Origin: Octopus sinensis
Taxonomy: Eukaryota
NCBI RefSeq assembly: GCF_006345805.1
Contig: NC_043016.1
Location: 16,988,001-17,052,000, forward strand
Direction of reading: 5' to 3'
DNA length: 64,000 bases
The notes below the pieces were generated by a model that was given only the letters and a program-made list of their open reading frames with translations, was not told where the DNA came from and did no database searches. Each line of letters starts with the position of its first letter. Within the stretch, counting starts at the first letter, position 1. A program made the translations under genes and the position numbers. Shown one piece after another: positions 11,988 to 23,832 of this stretch.

Positions 11988-12311
11988 GTTAGGTTTAGGG
12001 TTAGGGTTTAGGGTTAGGGTTTAGGATTTAGGGTTAGGGTTAGGTTTTAGGGTTAGGTTTAGGGTTAGGGTTAGGGTTTAGGGTTTAGGGTTTAGGGTTA
12101 GGATTTAGGGTTTAGGGTTAGGTTTAGGGTTAGGGTTTAGGGTTTAGGGTTAGGGTTAGGGTTTAGGGTTAGGTTTAGGGTTAGGGTTAGGGTTTAGGGT
12201 TTAGGGTTAGGGTTTAGGGTTTAGGTTAGGGTTAGGGTTAGGATTAGGGGTTAGGTTTAGGGTTAGGGTTTAGGGTTTAGGGTAGGGTTAGGTTCTGCCA
12301 GCTCGCCGCCT
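10153..12311 (-). mobile_element. tRNA-derived SINE family B cluster: two A-box-bearing copies plus tandem ~186-bp 3' units
   Basis: Minus-strand head ggcggcgagctggcagaa (A box) and gagttcaaatt (B box), tail gtgggtagtaaagaaatag. Units start near 10153, 10335, 10520, 10706 and 10958. Confidence 0.88.
11133..12292 (+). repeat. Interstitial telomere-type array (TTAGGG/TTTAGGG/TTAGG mix)
   Basis: About 1160 nt of degenerate T2-3AG2-3 units, bounded on both sides by contiguous SINE B sequence. Confidence 0.95.
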
Positions 12312-12329
12312 TAAAAAGCACATACATAC

Positions 12330-15300
12330 CTGGCACTTTTTTTCTCCGTGTCCCTTTTTTGCGATCGCTGGACGAACACTCGCTAGCTGAGTCCTCATGG
12401 GCCGATGACGATGACGATGAAGATCCAGTCGCCTCACTGTCCCTTAACATACTCTCGTATCCACTGCTGGTTCCTCCACCATGTAGCTTTTCTGAACGAC
12501 TGCTCATCTGTGGACGTATTTCTGTACTAACCGTACTGCTATTATCGCTGCAATGACCGCTACTCGAATGTCTGACCACCCGGGGTTTTGTAACCGTTGC
12601 ATAAGGGGACAATAAAGCTTCCTCACCTCCAACAATTCTATTGCCCTTTACTGCAACCTCTGAATTTTTAACCCGGCCCTTCCGTCCTTCATCGTGTACT
12701 TTCGATGGGGTTGTCTTTTCGACCCCAGTTTCAGAACCCTTACTCCAGCCCTTTTGTCCATCATCGTGTGGCTTCGATTGGGTCGCCTTTTCCACACTTG
12801 CTTTATCCTTCTTGCGCAGTTTCGTCAATTGACAGAGATTCGAAGGGTTGAATAACGGAAGCCTTGTGCGACTAGGGGATTGCGATTTTGAACCAGAAGA
12901 TCTGTTTCGGGGGTTTGGTGTTGTCGTTGATTGTGTGACAAACTTTGATGTTTTGGAACCTCGCTCTTTGGCCCTACTGTTATGGGTAGGTGACGTTAAT
13001 GAAGCTGTCGACCCCTTGCAATGCTTAGCTTGAACTGTGGGAGATGAAGGTGAAGATGACCCTGGGTGAGGCACTTGATTGTTATGGCCCGATGATGTAA
13101 GTGATGGGGATGCTGGCAGTGGCCCCTTAAAATATTTAACTTGAATCGTTGGTGATGAGATTGGAAGAGATGGCCCCATGTGACTGTTATAAGTAGATGG
13201 CGCCACCTTGTTCTGAATTGTTGGAGATGATGTTAATAGTGTTGGTCCTTGATTGATATAACCCGACCCCTCGACAAATTTCGTTTGGATCTTTGGAGAC
13301 GAACTTTCTTGCGACCCTTGATTAGTAAGGCTAAATGATGTCAAAACCTCACCAAGCCCGGACTGAATTTTCCCAGGTGAAAACGACCCATCAGCTTCCT
13401 TGGACTTCGAATTGATCTTATTTAGGGGTCGCCGTAACATTGCGGGGGACAAGGGTGTTACATTATTAAGATTGTACACAGGGACTTGAGATCCTGAGAA
13501 TTTCGACCCTTTATTATCACCATAAGGTGAAATGACTGAATATCCTGATAAACTTGACACTTCTAAGTTATCGCTATTGTTTGACAATAAACTAATATTT
13601 TCCGACATTTGTTTCGATGTGGCTATATACACGCTAGACGATGTCGGGTTAATCGTGTAATTTTGCTTTATAACGGATACGTCAAATGCTCCACCGTCTT
13701 CGTGAAATATTTCTTTTGATAAATACGGTCCGGATGAACCGTCTGGTTTTCGGGAACATAATAGTTTACATTCCAAAACAGATTCTTCTTCGGATACTTC
13801 CTCGAGGTCGGAGAGTTTGCTTCCTTCATACTGACAATGGCCTCGTACATCTCTCATCAGTGTTGGTTGCTCGCTATGGGCTGCATTAAGGGCTTTGAGC
13901 TTCTGGACTGTAATTACACGTTCCTCTTCTTGCGCAATAGCCAAGCTTTCGGGATCTTCTTTCGGAAAAGACACAGAGCTGAACGTATCGTCATCGGTTG
14001 TTGCATCGGGGTTATTTTTCCTGGCGAGCTCCAGCTGTTGATCTGCCTGAATTTCATAGATTGATTCGCGGTTTGAAATCAAGAGGTTGGCAAATTCTGT
14101 CTCGGGGTTATTATCATTGACAATATCACCACAATTATAGAACCCTTCAAATTTCTGTTCGCTGGTAACTTCTTCATCGGTAAACCAAACCCTATCGATC
14201 TCTTTTCCAAGCGCTTTAGCATCAATAGAAGCTAAACTTTCAAACCCGAGAACCCCGCCATGTTTCAAAGCGCCGAACCTCAAATTCGAACTTGAATTTC
14301 CAGGTTTAATTTCAGACTTGCTTACCTCGTCTTCCGTTGAAACGCTTTTCAGCCACTCAGCGACTCTTCTTGTCGTGTGAGCATTCACACTAACACAATC
14401 TGTTGCTTCTGTGGCAGGTTCGATTCTCGTCGAGGGCGACTGGATGTTATTTATCGCAGCGCATGGTTTAATGGGATCTTGGGGTTGGCTGTAATTTGAG
14501 AAGGGCTCTAAACTTCCTATGACTTGGTTACAGGAATCAACTATAAAACCGAGGTTCGGGTCGTTTTCTTCGCCCGGCGCAGGTAAAGATTCGTTGCTTG
14601 TCCTCACCACAAAAGCTTGAGGGCCGTCAACCCAGCCCGTAACGAATTTTTCCAAACCGCCCTCGATGCAATTATCAACGCTGTTTCCGATGGCTTCCAC
14701 AGAAATATCATCCTCTGTCGACTGTACGTTACTATGGAAACTCACCGGCCTTGAATCTGAGGGTTCAGCATTTATAGAATCAACACTGGCTGTACTTTCA
14801 GGTCGTGATCCCTCGTTAGGGGCCCCTCGCTGCTGTAAAACCTTCGAGTCGATAGGAGCAGGAAGCGTTGAGGACGGTGGCACAACGATACTTCTATCTG
14901 GTGATCTGCGATTAGACGTGGACGGCTGGTTTGTTTGCGAAGGGGATTTCTTTCTGCCACTTGGCCCAAAGTGCTTCGCTTGGTTGATATTCGATACCCG
15001 TGTGTCACTCGTAGACATATCCGCGCCACTGCTAGGCCCATCTATCCAACGCTCTGACTCACAATCCTCTTTTGGCATTGCGATATTTCGTAAAGATTGG
15101 ACATCCCCATCAGAAAAATTTCCATTTCGTCTCTTAGAAACCCAGACCCGACCCCTAAAAGCCTCGTCGGTTTCTTTAATACCCCGAGGCTGCTTCCTTG
15201 AAGATCCGTTGCTGGTCCTCACCATAAAAGCCTGAGGACCGTCAACCCACAGTTCCGTACTCTTTTTATCAGGGTAGATAGCAGCGCCGGGCCCGTCTAC

Positions 15301-15921
15301 CCATTGCTCCAGAAATTCTGGGCCTTCGTTGTTGATCTGATGTCTACCGTTGACCCCACCTTCAGGTTTAAATTTCGATAATGGCATCTTCTGTTTGATA
15401 TTTGTCCTACGGGCAACTTGATAACCGGTAGAAGAAGAGGGCACCAGTGACGGACAAGGACCGTCTTGTGAGGAACTCGGAGCTGTTGTAACGGGTGACA
15501 TAAGGGGAACTCGCGATTGAGGGCTCGGCTCCCGGTTATAATACAGTTTGTTGACAGAACCACGGCCGGAATCCACAGGGGAAAATTTCCTACCGGTGTC
15601 GGACGCGGATCCTTCATCTCCCGATGATCTGGACCCGCTTGTTCGACGTGGCAGGCGTGGGTTAGTTCGAGGGAGCAAGGGCAGGGATTTTGGCGGGCCC
15701 TCGTTGTCTGTAAGCTCCCGATCGCTTAACGACTGCCCATTGATACCCATATATATCACGGTGTCACATGACTGTTCGCTCCCTGAAGTGCAATCCGGGT
15801 CGGATAGGGACGATGAGTAGAGAAAATCTTCTCTAAGGGTTCCCATTCGAAACCCTCTTAAAGGTCTTCGTAACCTTCCCGATTCATCCGTTGAACTGTC
15901 TTCAGAACTTGTGCTCGAAAA
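12330..15921 (-). CDS. KIF26: KIF26-like kinesin, giant 3592-nt exon f (post-motor Ser/Pro-rich tail)
   Basis: Stop-free 1197-codon frame starting FSSTSS and containing SSLSDPDCTSGSEQSCDTVIYMG.NGQSLSDRELTDNEGPP (KIF26 hallmark) and HGGGTSSGYESMLRDSEATGSSSS (conserved KIF26 tail motif). Acceptor ttttgcag at 15922-15923, donor CAG|gtatgt at 12329, phase 0-1. Confidence 0.95.
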
Positions 15922-15982
15922 CTGCAAAAGACAATGAAAAATCAAGTTTGAATAAAAAAAAAAATGATAAAAACTTCAAAAA

Positions 15983-16641
15983 GGTGCAGGAGTGGCTGTG
16001 TGGTAAGTAGCTTGTTTACCAACCACATGGATCTGGGTTCAGTCCCACTGCGTGGCATCTTGGGTAAGTGTCTTCTGCTATAGCCACGGGCCGACCAACG
16101 CCTTGTGAGTGGATTTGGTAGATGGAAACTGAAAGAAGCCCATCGTATATATAGGCGTAGGAGTGGCTGTGTGGTAAGTAGCTTGCTTACCAACCACATG
16201 GTTGCGGGTTCAGTCCCACTGCATGGCACCTTGGGCAAGTGTCTTCTACTATAGCCTCGGGCCGACCAACGCCTTGTGAGTGGATTTGGTAGATGGAAAC
16301 TGAAAGAAGCCCATCGTATATATAGGCGTAGGAGTGGCTGTGTGGTAAGTAGCTTGCTTACCAATCACATGGTTCCGGGTTCAGTCCCACAGCGTGGTAC
16401 CTTGGGCAAGTGTCTTGTGCTATAGCCTCGGACCGACCAAAGCCTTGTGAGTGGATTTGGTAGACGGAAACTGAAAGAAGCCGACGTATAAATGTATATA
16501 TATATGTGCAGGAGAGGCTGTGTGGTAAGTAGCTTGTTTACCAACTACATGGTTCCGGGTTCAGTCCCACTGTGTGGCACCTTGGGCAAGTGTCTTCTAC
16601 TATAGCCTAGGGCCGACCAAAACCTTTATGAGTGGATTTGG

Positions 16642-16692
<51 letters not shown>

Positions 16693-16815
16693 ATATAGGT
16701 GTAGGAGTGGCTGTGTGGTAAGTAGCCTGTTCCGGGTTCAGTCCCACTGCATGGTACCTTGGGCAAGTGTCTTCTACTATAGCCTCGGGCCCACCAAAGA
16801 CTTGTGAGTGGATTT

Positions 16816-16852
<37 letters not shown>

Positions 16853-17330
16853 GTAGGAGTGGCTGTGTGGTAAGTAGCTTGCTTACCAACCACATGGTTC
16901 CGGGTTCAGTCCCACTGCGTGGCACCTTGGGCAAGTGTCTTCTACTATAGCCTCGGGCCGACCAATGCCTTGTGAGTGGATTTGGAAGACGGAAACTGAA
17001 AGAAGCCCGTCGTATATATGTATATATATATATATATATAGGCACAGGAGTGGCTGTGTGGTAAGTAGCTTGCTAACCAACCACATGGTTCCGGGTTCAG
17101 TCCCACTGCATGGCACCTTGGGCAAGTGTCTTGTGCTATAGCCTCGGGCCGACCAAAGCCTTGTGAGTGGATTTGGAAGACGGAAACTGAAAGAAGCCCG
17201 TCGTATAGAATAAGTACTGGGCTTACAAAAGAATAAGTCCTGGGGTCGATTTGCTCGACTAAAGGCGGCGCTCCAGCATGGCCGCAGTCAAATGACTGAA
17301 ACAAGTAAAAGAGTAAAAGAGTAAAAAGAT
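15983..17330 (+). mobile_element. SINE family A tandem array (~7 head units; last copy has the tail)
   Basis: Repeated ggagtggctgtgtggtaag (A box)...ccgggttcagtccc (B box)...gaaagaagcccgtcgtatata. Fills most of the 1.5-kb intron e-f. Confidence 0.9.
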
Positions 17331-17398
17331 GGCGTCTAATGGGCAAAATCGCTCTATGACAAGAGAAAGAGAGAGAGTAGAAGAATAACACAAATTAC

Positions 17399-17561
17399 CT
17401 TTATTTTGCGTCTGCGCAGACGATGGATCCGTGAGGCAAGTTGGATCACCTGTAATGTTTCACTATAGTGTGCGGTGGTGGCTGACACGTGTGCTATCAT
17501 ACAGGTACGGCACGACACGTTACCGAGGGAATCTCTTAACAGCCTTGCAATCTTGGCATCT
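17399..17561 (-). CDS. KIF26: KIF26-like kinesin, internal exon e (end of motor domain)
   Basis: DAKIARLLRDSLGNVSCRTCMIAHVSATTAHYSETLQVIQLASRIHRLRRRKIK fits the kinesin C-terminal motor consensus (LLRESLG.NCRTTMIAHIS...ETL.T...ASR). Acceptor tttacag, donor gtaatt, 163 nt, phase 2-0. Confidence 0.95.
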
Positions 17562-17580
17562 CTGTAAAGAATAGAAATAA

Positions 17581-20500
17581 TCTTTATATATAAAAGTGAA
17601 GTTGTGTGTCTACAATTTAAAAAACAAATTACCATAATTTTTTCCATTTTAATGCATTTTTTTGCTATTATATAAGGGAAGTAACACTCTAAAAATGTCT
17701 ACGATGAGTCTACGATTTAAAAAAAAATTTACCATCATTTTTTCGCTATTATATAAGGGAAGTAACTCTCTAAAAATGTCTACGATGAGTCAACGATTTA
17801 AAAAAATATTTACCATCATTTTTTTTCCATGTTAATGCATTTATTCGCTATTATATAAGGGAAGTAACTCTCTAAAAATGTCTGCGATGTGTCAACGATT
17901 TAAAAAAAAATTTACCATCATTTTTATTCCATGTGAATGCATTTTTTTCGCTATTATATAAGGGAAGTAACTCTCTAAAAATGTCTACGATGAGTCTACG
18001 ATTTAAAAAAAAATTTACCATCATTTTTATTCCATGTGAATGCATTTTTTCGCTATTATATAAGGGAAGTAACTGTCTAAAAATGTCTACGATGAGTCAA
18101 CGATTTAAAAAAATATTTACCATCATTTTTTCCCATTTTAATGCATTCTTTTCGCTATTATATAAGGGAAGTAACTCTCTAAAAATGTCTACGATGAGTC
18201 AACGATTTAAAAAAATATTTACCATCATTTTTTTTCCATGTTAATGCATTTATTCGCTATTATATAAGGGAAGTAACTCTCTAAAAATGTCTACGATGAG
18301 TCAACGATTTAAAAAAATTTACCATAATTTTTTTCCCATGTTTATGCATTATTTCGCTATTATATAAGGGAAGTAACTCTCTAAAAATGTCTACGATGAG
18401 TCAACAACTTGAAAAAAAAAATTTACCATCATTTTTTCCATTTTAATGCATTTTTTTCGCTATTATATAAGGGAAGTAACTCTCTAAAAATGTCTACGAT
18501 GAGTCAACGATTAAAAAAAAAATTTATAACTTTTTTTGCATGTGAATGCATTTTTTCGCTATTATATAAGGGAAATAACTCTCTAAAAATGTCTACGATG
18601 AGTCAACAACTTTTAAAAAAAAATTTACCATCATTTTTTCCATTTTAATGCATTTTTTTCGCTATTATATAAGGGAAGTAACTCTCTAAAAATGTCTACG
18701 ATGCGTCAACGATTTAAAAAAAAATTTACCATCATTTTTTCCATTTTAATGCATTATTTTCGCTATTATATAAGGGAAGTAACTCTCTAAAAATGTCTAC
18801 GATGAGTCAACGATTAAAAAAAAATTTATAATTTTTTTTGCATGTGAATGCATTTTTTCGCTATTATATAAGGGAAATAACTCTCTAAAAATGTCTACGA
18901 TGAGTCAACAACTTTTAAAAAAAAATTTACCATCATTTTTTCCATTTTAATGCATTTTTTTCGCTATTATATAAGGGAAGTAACTCTCTAAAAATGTCTA
19001 CGATGAGTCAACGATTTAAAAAAAAATTTACCATCATTTTTATTCCATGTGAATGCATTTTTTCGCTATTATATAAGGGAAGTAACTCTCTAAAAATGTC
19101 TACGATGTGTCAACAACTTAAAAAAAAAATTTACCATCATTTTTTTCCATTTTAATGCATTTTTTTCGCTATTATATAAGGGGAGTAACTCTCTAAAAAT
19201 GTCTACGATGAGTCAACGATTTAAAAAAATATTTACCATCATTTTTATTCCATGTGAATGCATTTTTTTCGCTATTATATAAGGGAAGTAACTCTCTAAA
19301 AATGTCTTCGATGATTCAACGATTTTAAAAATAATTTACCATCATTTGTTTTCCATTCTAATGCATTTTTTTCGCTATTATATAAGAGAAGTAACTCTCT
19401 AAAAATGTCTACGATGAGTCAACGATTTTAAAAATAATTTACCATAATTATTTTCCCATGTTAATGCATTATTTCGCTATTATATAAGGGAAGTAACTCT
19501 CTAAAAATGTCTACGATGAGTCAACGATTTAAAAAAAAATTTACCATCATTTTTTTCCCATGTTAATGCATTATTTCGCTATTATATAAGGGAAGTAACT
19601 CTCTAAAAATGTCTACGATGAGTCAACGATTTAAAAAAAAAATTACCATAATTTTTTTCCCATGTTAATGCATTATTTCGCTATTATATAAGGGAAGTAA
19701 CTCTCTAAAAATGTCTACGATGAGTCAACGATTTAAAAAAAAATTTACCATCATTTTTATTCCATGTGAATGCATTTTTTTCGCTATTATATAAGGGAAG
19801 AAACTCTCTAAAAATGTCTTCGATGAATCAACGATTTTAAAAATAATTTACCATCATTTGTTTTCCATTTTAATGCATTTTTTCGCTATTATATAAGAGA
19901 AGTAACGCTCTAAAAATGTCTACGATGAGTCAACGATTTAAAAAAAAATTTACCATCATTTTTATTGCATGTGAATGCATTTTTTTCGTTATTATATAAG
20001 GGAAGTAACTCTCTAAAAATGTCTTCGATGAATCAACGATTTTTAAAAATAATTTACCATCATTTATTTTCCATTGTAATGCATTTTTTTCGCTATTATA
20101 TAAGAGGAGTAACTCTCTAAAAATATCTACGATGAGTCAACGATTTAAAAATGATTTACCATCATTTATTTTCCATTTTAATGCATTTTTTTCGCTATTA
20201 TATAAGGGAAGTAACTCTCTAAAAATGTCTACGATGAATCAACGATCTAAAAATAATTTACCATCATTTATTTTCCATTTTAATGCATTTTTCCGCTATT
20301 ATATAAGGGAAGTAACTCTCTAAAAATGTCTACGATGAGTCAACGATTTAAAAAAAAATTTACCATCATTTTTATTCCATGTGAATGCATTTTTTTCGCT
20401 ATTATATAAGGGAAGAAACTCTCTAAAAATGTCTTCGATGAATCAACGATTTAAAAATAATTTACCATCATTTGTTTTCCATTTTAATGCATTTTTTCGC

Positions 20501-21188
20501 TATTATATAAGAGAAGTAACGCTCTAAAAATGTCTACGATGAGTCAACGATTTAAAAAAAAATTTACCATCATTTTTATTGCATGTGAATGCATTTTTTT
20601 CGTTATTATATAAGGGAAGTAACTCTCTAAAAATGTCTTCGATGAATCAACGATTTTTAAAATAATTTACCATCATTTATTTTCCATTGTAATGCATTTT
20701 TTTCGCTATTATATAAGAGGAGTAACTCTCTAAAAATATCTACGATGAGTCAACGATTTTAAAAATGATTTACCATCATTTATTTTCCATTTTAATGCAT
20801 TTTTTCGCTATTATATAAGGGAAGTAACTCTCTAAAAATGTCTACGATGAATCAACGATCTAAAAATAATTTACCATCATTTATTTTCCATTTTAATGCA
20901 TTTTTCCGCTATTATATAAGGGAAGTAACTCTCTAAAAATGTCTACGATGAATCAACGATCTAAAAATAATTTACCATCATTTTTCCCATTTTAAGCCTG
21001 TTTTTGCTATTATAAAAGGGAAGTAACTCTCTAAAAATGTATTATTAAATCTCAGAACGTAAAAAGCTACAGTAACACCCCTCTTTGTGGTTAGCCATAT
21101 TGAGATGGCTATTATACTTTACATCCCTAAAAATGCTTATATAGTTATTTCCCTTACAAACCCGAGCAACGCCAGGCGATACTGCTAG
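17581..21188 (+). mobile_element. Non-autonomous Helitron (family 2) inflated by an internal ~100-bp satellite
   Basis: A|TCtttatatataaaagtgaagttgtgtg 5' end. 3' hairpin cccgagcaacgccagg followed by cgatactgCTAG|T. About 34 internal copies of the ~100-bp unit. Confidence 0.82.
17650..21040 (+). repeat. AT-rich ~100-bp tandem satellite (~34 copies)
   Basis: Unit ctattatataagggaagtaactctctaaaaatgtctacgatgagtcaacgatttaaaaaaaaatttaccatcattttttccattttaatgcattttttcg. Confidence 0.95.
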
Positions 21189-21277
21189 TGGTTTATAATA
21201 TAAAAAGGGTGCACAAACAATTTGAAAACAAAGCAACCGCAAAAACTTATGTAGGACAAACCTGTCTTCTAAGTATA

Positions 21278-21398
21278 TTAGTTAGTTAGTTAGTTAATTT
21301 TTTGGCTCAAAAAGCTAAAAGCAAGGCCATGTAGGGGGACATGGAGTTATGTACAGGGTGGTGTTCATGTAAAGAGTTCAGGCCATTTCTGGTCAAGG
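21278..21398 (-). mobile_element. CR1-clade LINE extreme 3' end with (AACT)n tail
   Basis: Reverse complement of ccatgtccccctacatggccttgc...gagccaaaaaattaactaactaac, as at 29611-29672. Confidence 0.88.
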
Positions 21399-21399
21399 A

Positions 21400-22176
21400 T
21401 CTCTATACATATAAAAGGCAGTTTGTCTGTCTGTGTGTCTGTCAGGTTGTAACCCTCACCCTGACCAAGGCTTTCAACCGATTCTCATGAAACTTGACAC
21501 ACACATAGCCCAATGTCATAATTCAAAAGTAACGCAGGGAAAATTTTGCAAAGTTCCCCCAGTTCTGAAAAAAATTGATAAATTCGACATGTGGTCGAGA
21601 ATCTAAGCTTATCATATGCAACACATTTTCCGTTGTAGTTTTCGCAACATGCAATCGATTTTCACCAAACTCATGGTGAAGCTTAATGTTACCCTAAGAA
21701 ACTTAATTCTGACGTTAGTTTTCCATGCAATACCTTACCATCAGAAAAACTCGATAAAATCATGCCATTTTGGGAAATCGCGTTCAAATTCAAGATGACA
21801 TATTTTCAACAATATCTTTAATAAATTGGCAGGAATTTTTTAAAAATTCACAGCGAGAATCATGTCTGCACCAAGGAGCTATATGGCCCTTTTGATTCCA
21901 ATAGGATACGTTATTACTTGAAAAAATCGGTTAATTACATCATATGTGGCACACGTAGCAAACGGATTTTTTTGCGATATTTTTTGAAAGTTCACATCGA
22001 TTTTCCCTACTTCTTCATGCATGCAAGGGAACGGTGCCTTGAATGCCTTAATGCCTTTAAGGCTTCATTTTACAAAATAACGATTCAATGAGTACAAAAA
22101 AGGGTTAAAAATGTAAAGGGCATTGCTCATAGACAAAGATTCTTACATACCGGGCAACGCCGGGCTATGCTGCTAG
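21400..22176 (+). mobile_element. Non-autonomous Helitron (family 1)
   Basis: A|TCtctatacatataaaaggcagtttgtctgtctgtgtg 5' end. 3' ccgggcaacgccgggctatgctgCTAG|T. Termini shared with 24170-25116. Confidence 0.82.
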
Positions 22177-22184
22177 TGTATACT

Positions 22185-22790
22185 CTTACTCTCTTTTACT
22201 TGTTTCAGTCATTTGACTGCGGCCATGCTGGAGCACCGCCTTTAGTCGAGCAAATCGACCCCGGGACTTATTCTTTTTGTAAGCCCAGTACTTATTCTAT
22301 CGGTCTCTTTTTGCCGAACCGCTAAGTGACGGGGACGTAAACACACCAGCATCGGTTGTCAAGCAATGCTAGGGGAACAAACACAGACACACAAACACAC
22401 CCGCATACATATATATATATATATATATATACATATATACGACAGGCTTCTTTCAGTTTCCGTCTACCAAATCCACTCACAAGGCATTGGTCGGCCCGGG
22501 GCTATAGCAGAAGACACATGCCCAAGATGCCACGCAGTGGGACTGAACCCGGAACCATGTGGTTGGTTAGCAAGCTACTTACCACACAGCCATCCTGCGC
22601 CTATATATATACATATATATAAAAGGCTTCTTTCAGTTTCTGCCTACCAAATCCACTCACAAGGCATTGGTCGGCCCGGGGCTATAGCAGAAGACACATG
22701 CCCAAGATGCCACGCAGTGGGACTGAACCCGGAACCATGTGGTTGGTTAGCAAGCTACTTACCACACAGCCACTCCTGCGCCTATATATA
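22185..22790 (-). mobile_element. SINE family A, full copy plus one extra head unit
   Basis: Reverse complement of the family A consensus. Confidence 0.88.
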
Positions 22791-22794
22791 TCTT

Positions 22795-22987
22795 TAAGAT
22801 ACAATAAGATGATAATTTATCTTCGAATACTGTTGGAACAGTAGAAATGTTGTCTAAGTTACCCTTGCAAAATAGACAAAATTTTTCAAGAACTATGGCT
22901 CGTTGTTGAAATTACCACTTTGTAAGGGTAATTTATCCAATATTTCTACTGCTTTCAAAGATAAATTATCATCTTATTTGTATCTTA
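22795..22987. mobile_element. AT-rich MITE-like element with ~30-bp terminal inverted repeats
   Basis: taagatacaataagatgataatttatctt ... aagataaattatcatcttatttgtatctta, with further inner complementarity (cagtagaaat/atttctactg, ttaccctt/aagggtaa). Confidence 0.7.
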
Positions 22988-22989
22988 TT

Positions 22990-23110
22990 GTACACATTTT
23001 AACGCTTATAAAAAGCAAAATAACAGCTCAATGAGTACTAAAAAGGTTAAGGGCATTGCTTATCGACAAAGTTTCGTACATACCGGGTACAGCCGGGCTA
23101 TGCTGCTAGT
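22990..23110 (+). mobile_element. Helitron family 1 3' fragment
   Basis: Similar to 22060-22176 and ends ccgggtacagccgggctatgctgCTAG|T. Confidence 0.7.
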
Positions 23111-23324
23111 TCTAAATAAAAGACATTAATTGCCAAATTTGACAATTTGGAAAAGGCATTTCTGGCCTAAAATTCTAACGGAAAGATCAGCCAGTGACTT
23201 ACAAGACCAAAGCTTAACTTTCTGGCAAGTGGTTGTCCAAAGAAATGCTTGCTGAAGTTTATAATGTGTCTTATAAGTTCATACACCATTTAAAAAAGAG
23301 CTACCAAAATGATATACTCTCTTT

Positions 23325-23820
23325 TGTACTCTGTTACTTGTTTCAGTCATTTGACTGTGGCCATGCTGGAGCACCGCCTTTAATCGACCAACTCGAACCC
23401 GGGACTGATTCTTTTTCTAAGCCCAGTACTTATTCTATCGGTCTCATTTGCCGAACCGCTAAGTGACGGGGATATAAACACACCAGCATCGGTTGTCAAG
23501 CAATGCTAGGGGGACAAACACAGACACACACACGCACATACACATATATATACATATATACGACGGGCTTCTTTCAGTTTCCGTTATTTTATTTTACTTG
23601 TTTCAGTCATTTGACAGTGGCCATGCTGGAGCACCGCCTTTAGTCGAGCAAATCAACCCCGGGACTTATTCTTCGTTAGCCCAGTACTTATTCTATCGGT
23701 CTCTTTTGCCGACCCGCTAAGTGACGGGGACATAAACACACCAGCATCGGTTGTCAAGCAATGCTAGGGGGACAAACACAGATACACAAACACACACACA
23801 CATACACACGTACACATATA
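23325..23820 (-). mobile_element. SINE family A 3'-half tandem copies
   Basis: Two tail halves (cagtcatttgac...gacaaacacaga) in reverse orientation. Confidence 0.8.
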
Positions 23821-23832
23821 TATATATATAGA

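Noticed and set aside
11133-12292. True chromosome end
   Set aside because: The array is flanked on both sides by halves of one SINE inside an intron.
12277-15945. Single-exon 1222-aa gene as given by the ORF track
   Set aside because: The track's start and stop lie in intronic sequence. Splice sites at 15921 and 12330 and five upstream in-phase exons show it is an internal exon.
15942-17391. Recurrent ORFs such as MWLVSKLLTTQPLL and CHAVGLNPEPCGW throughout the window
   Set aside because: They are antisense translations of SINE family A, not proteins.
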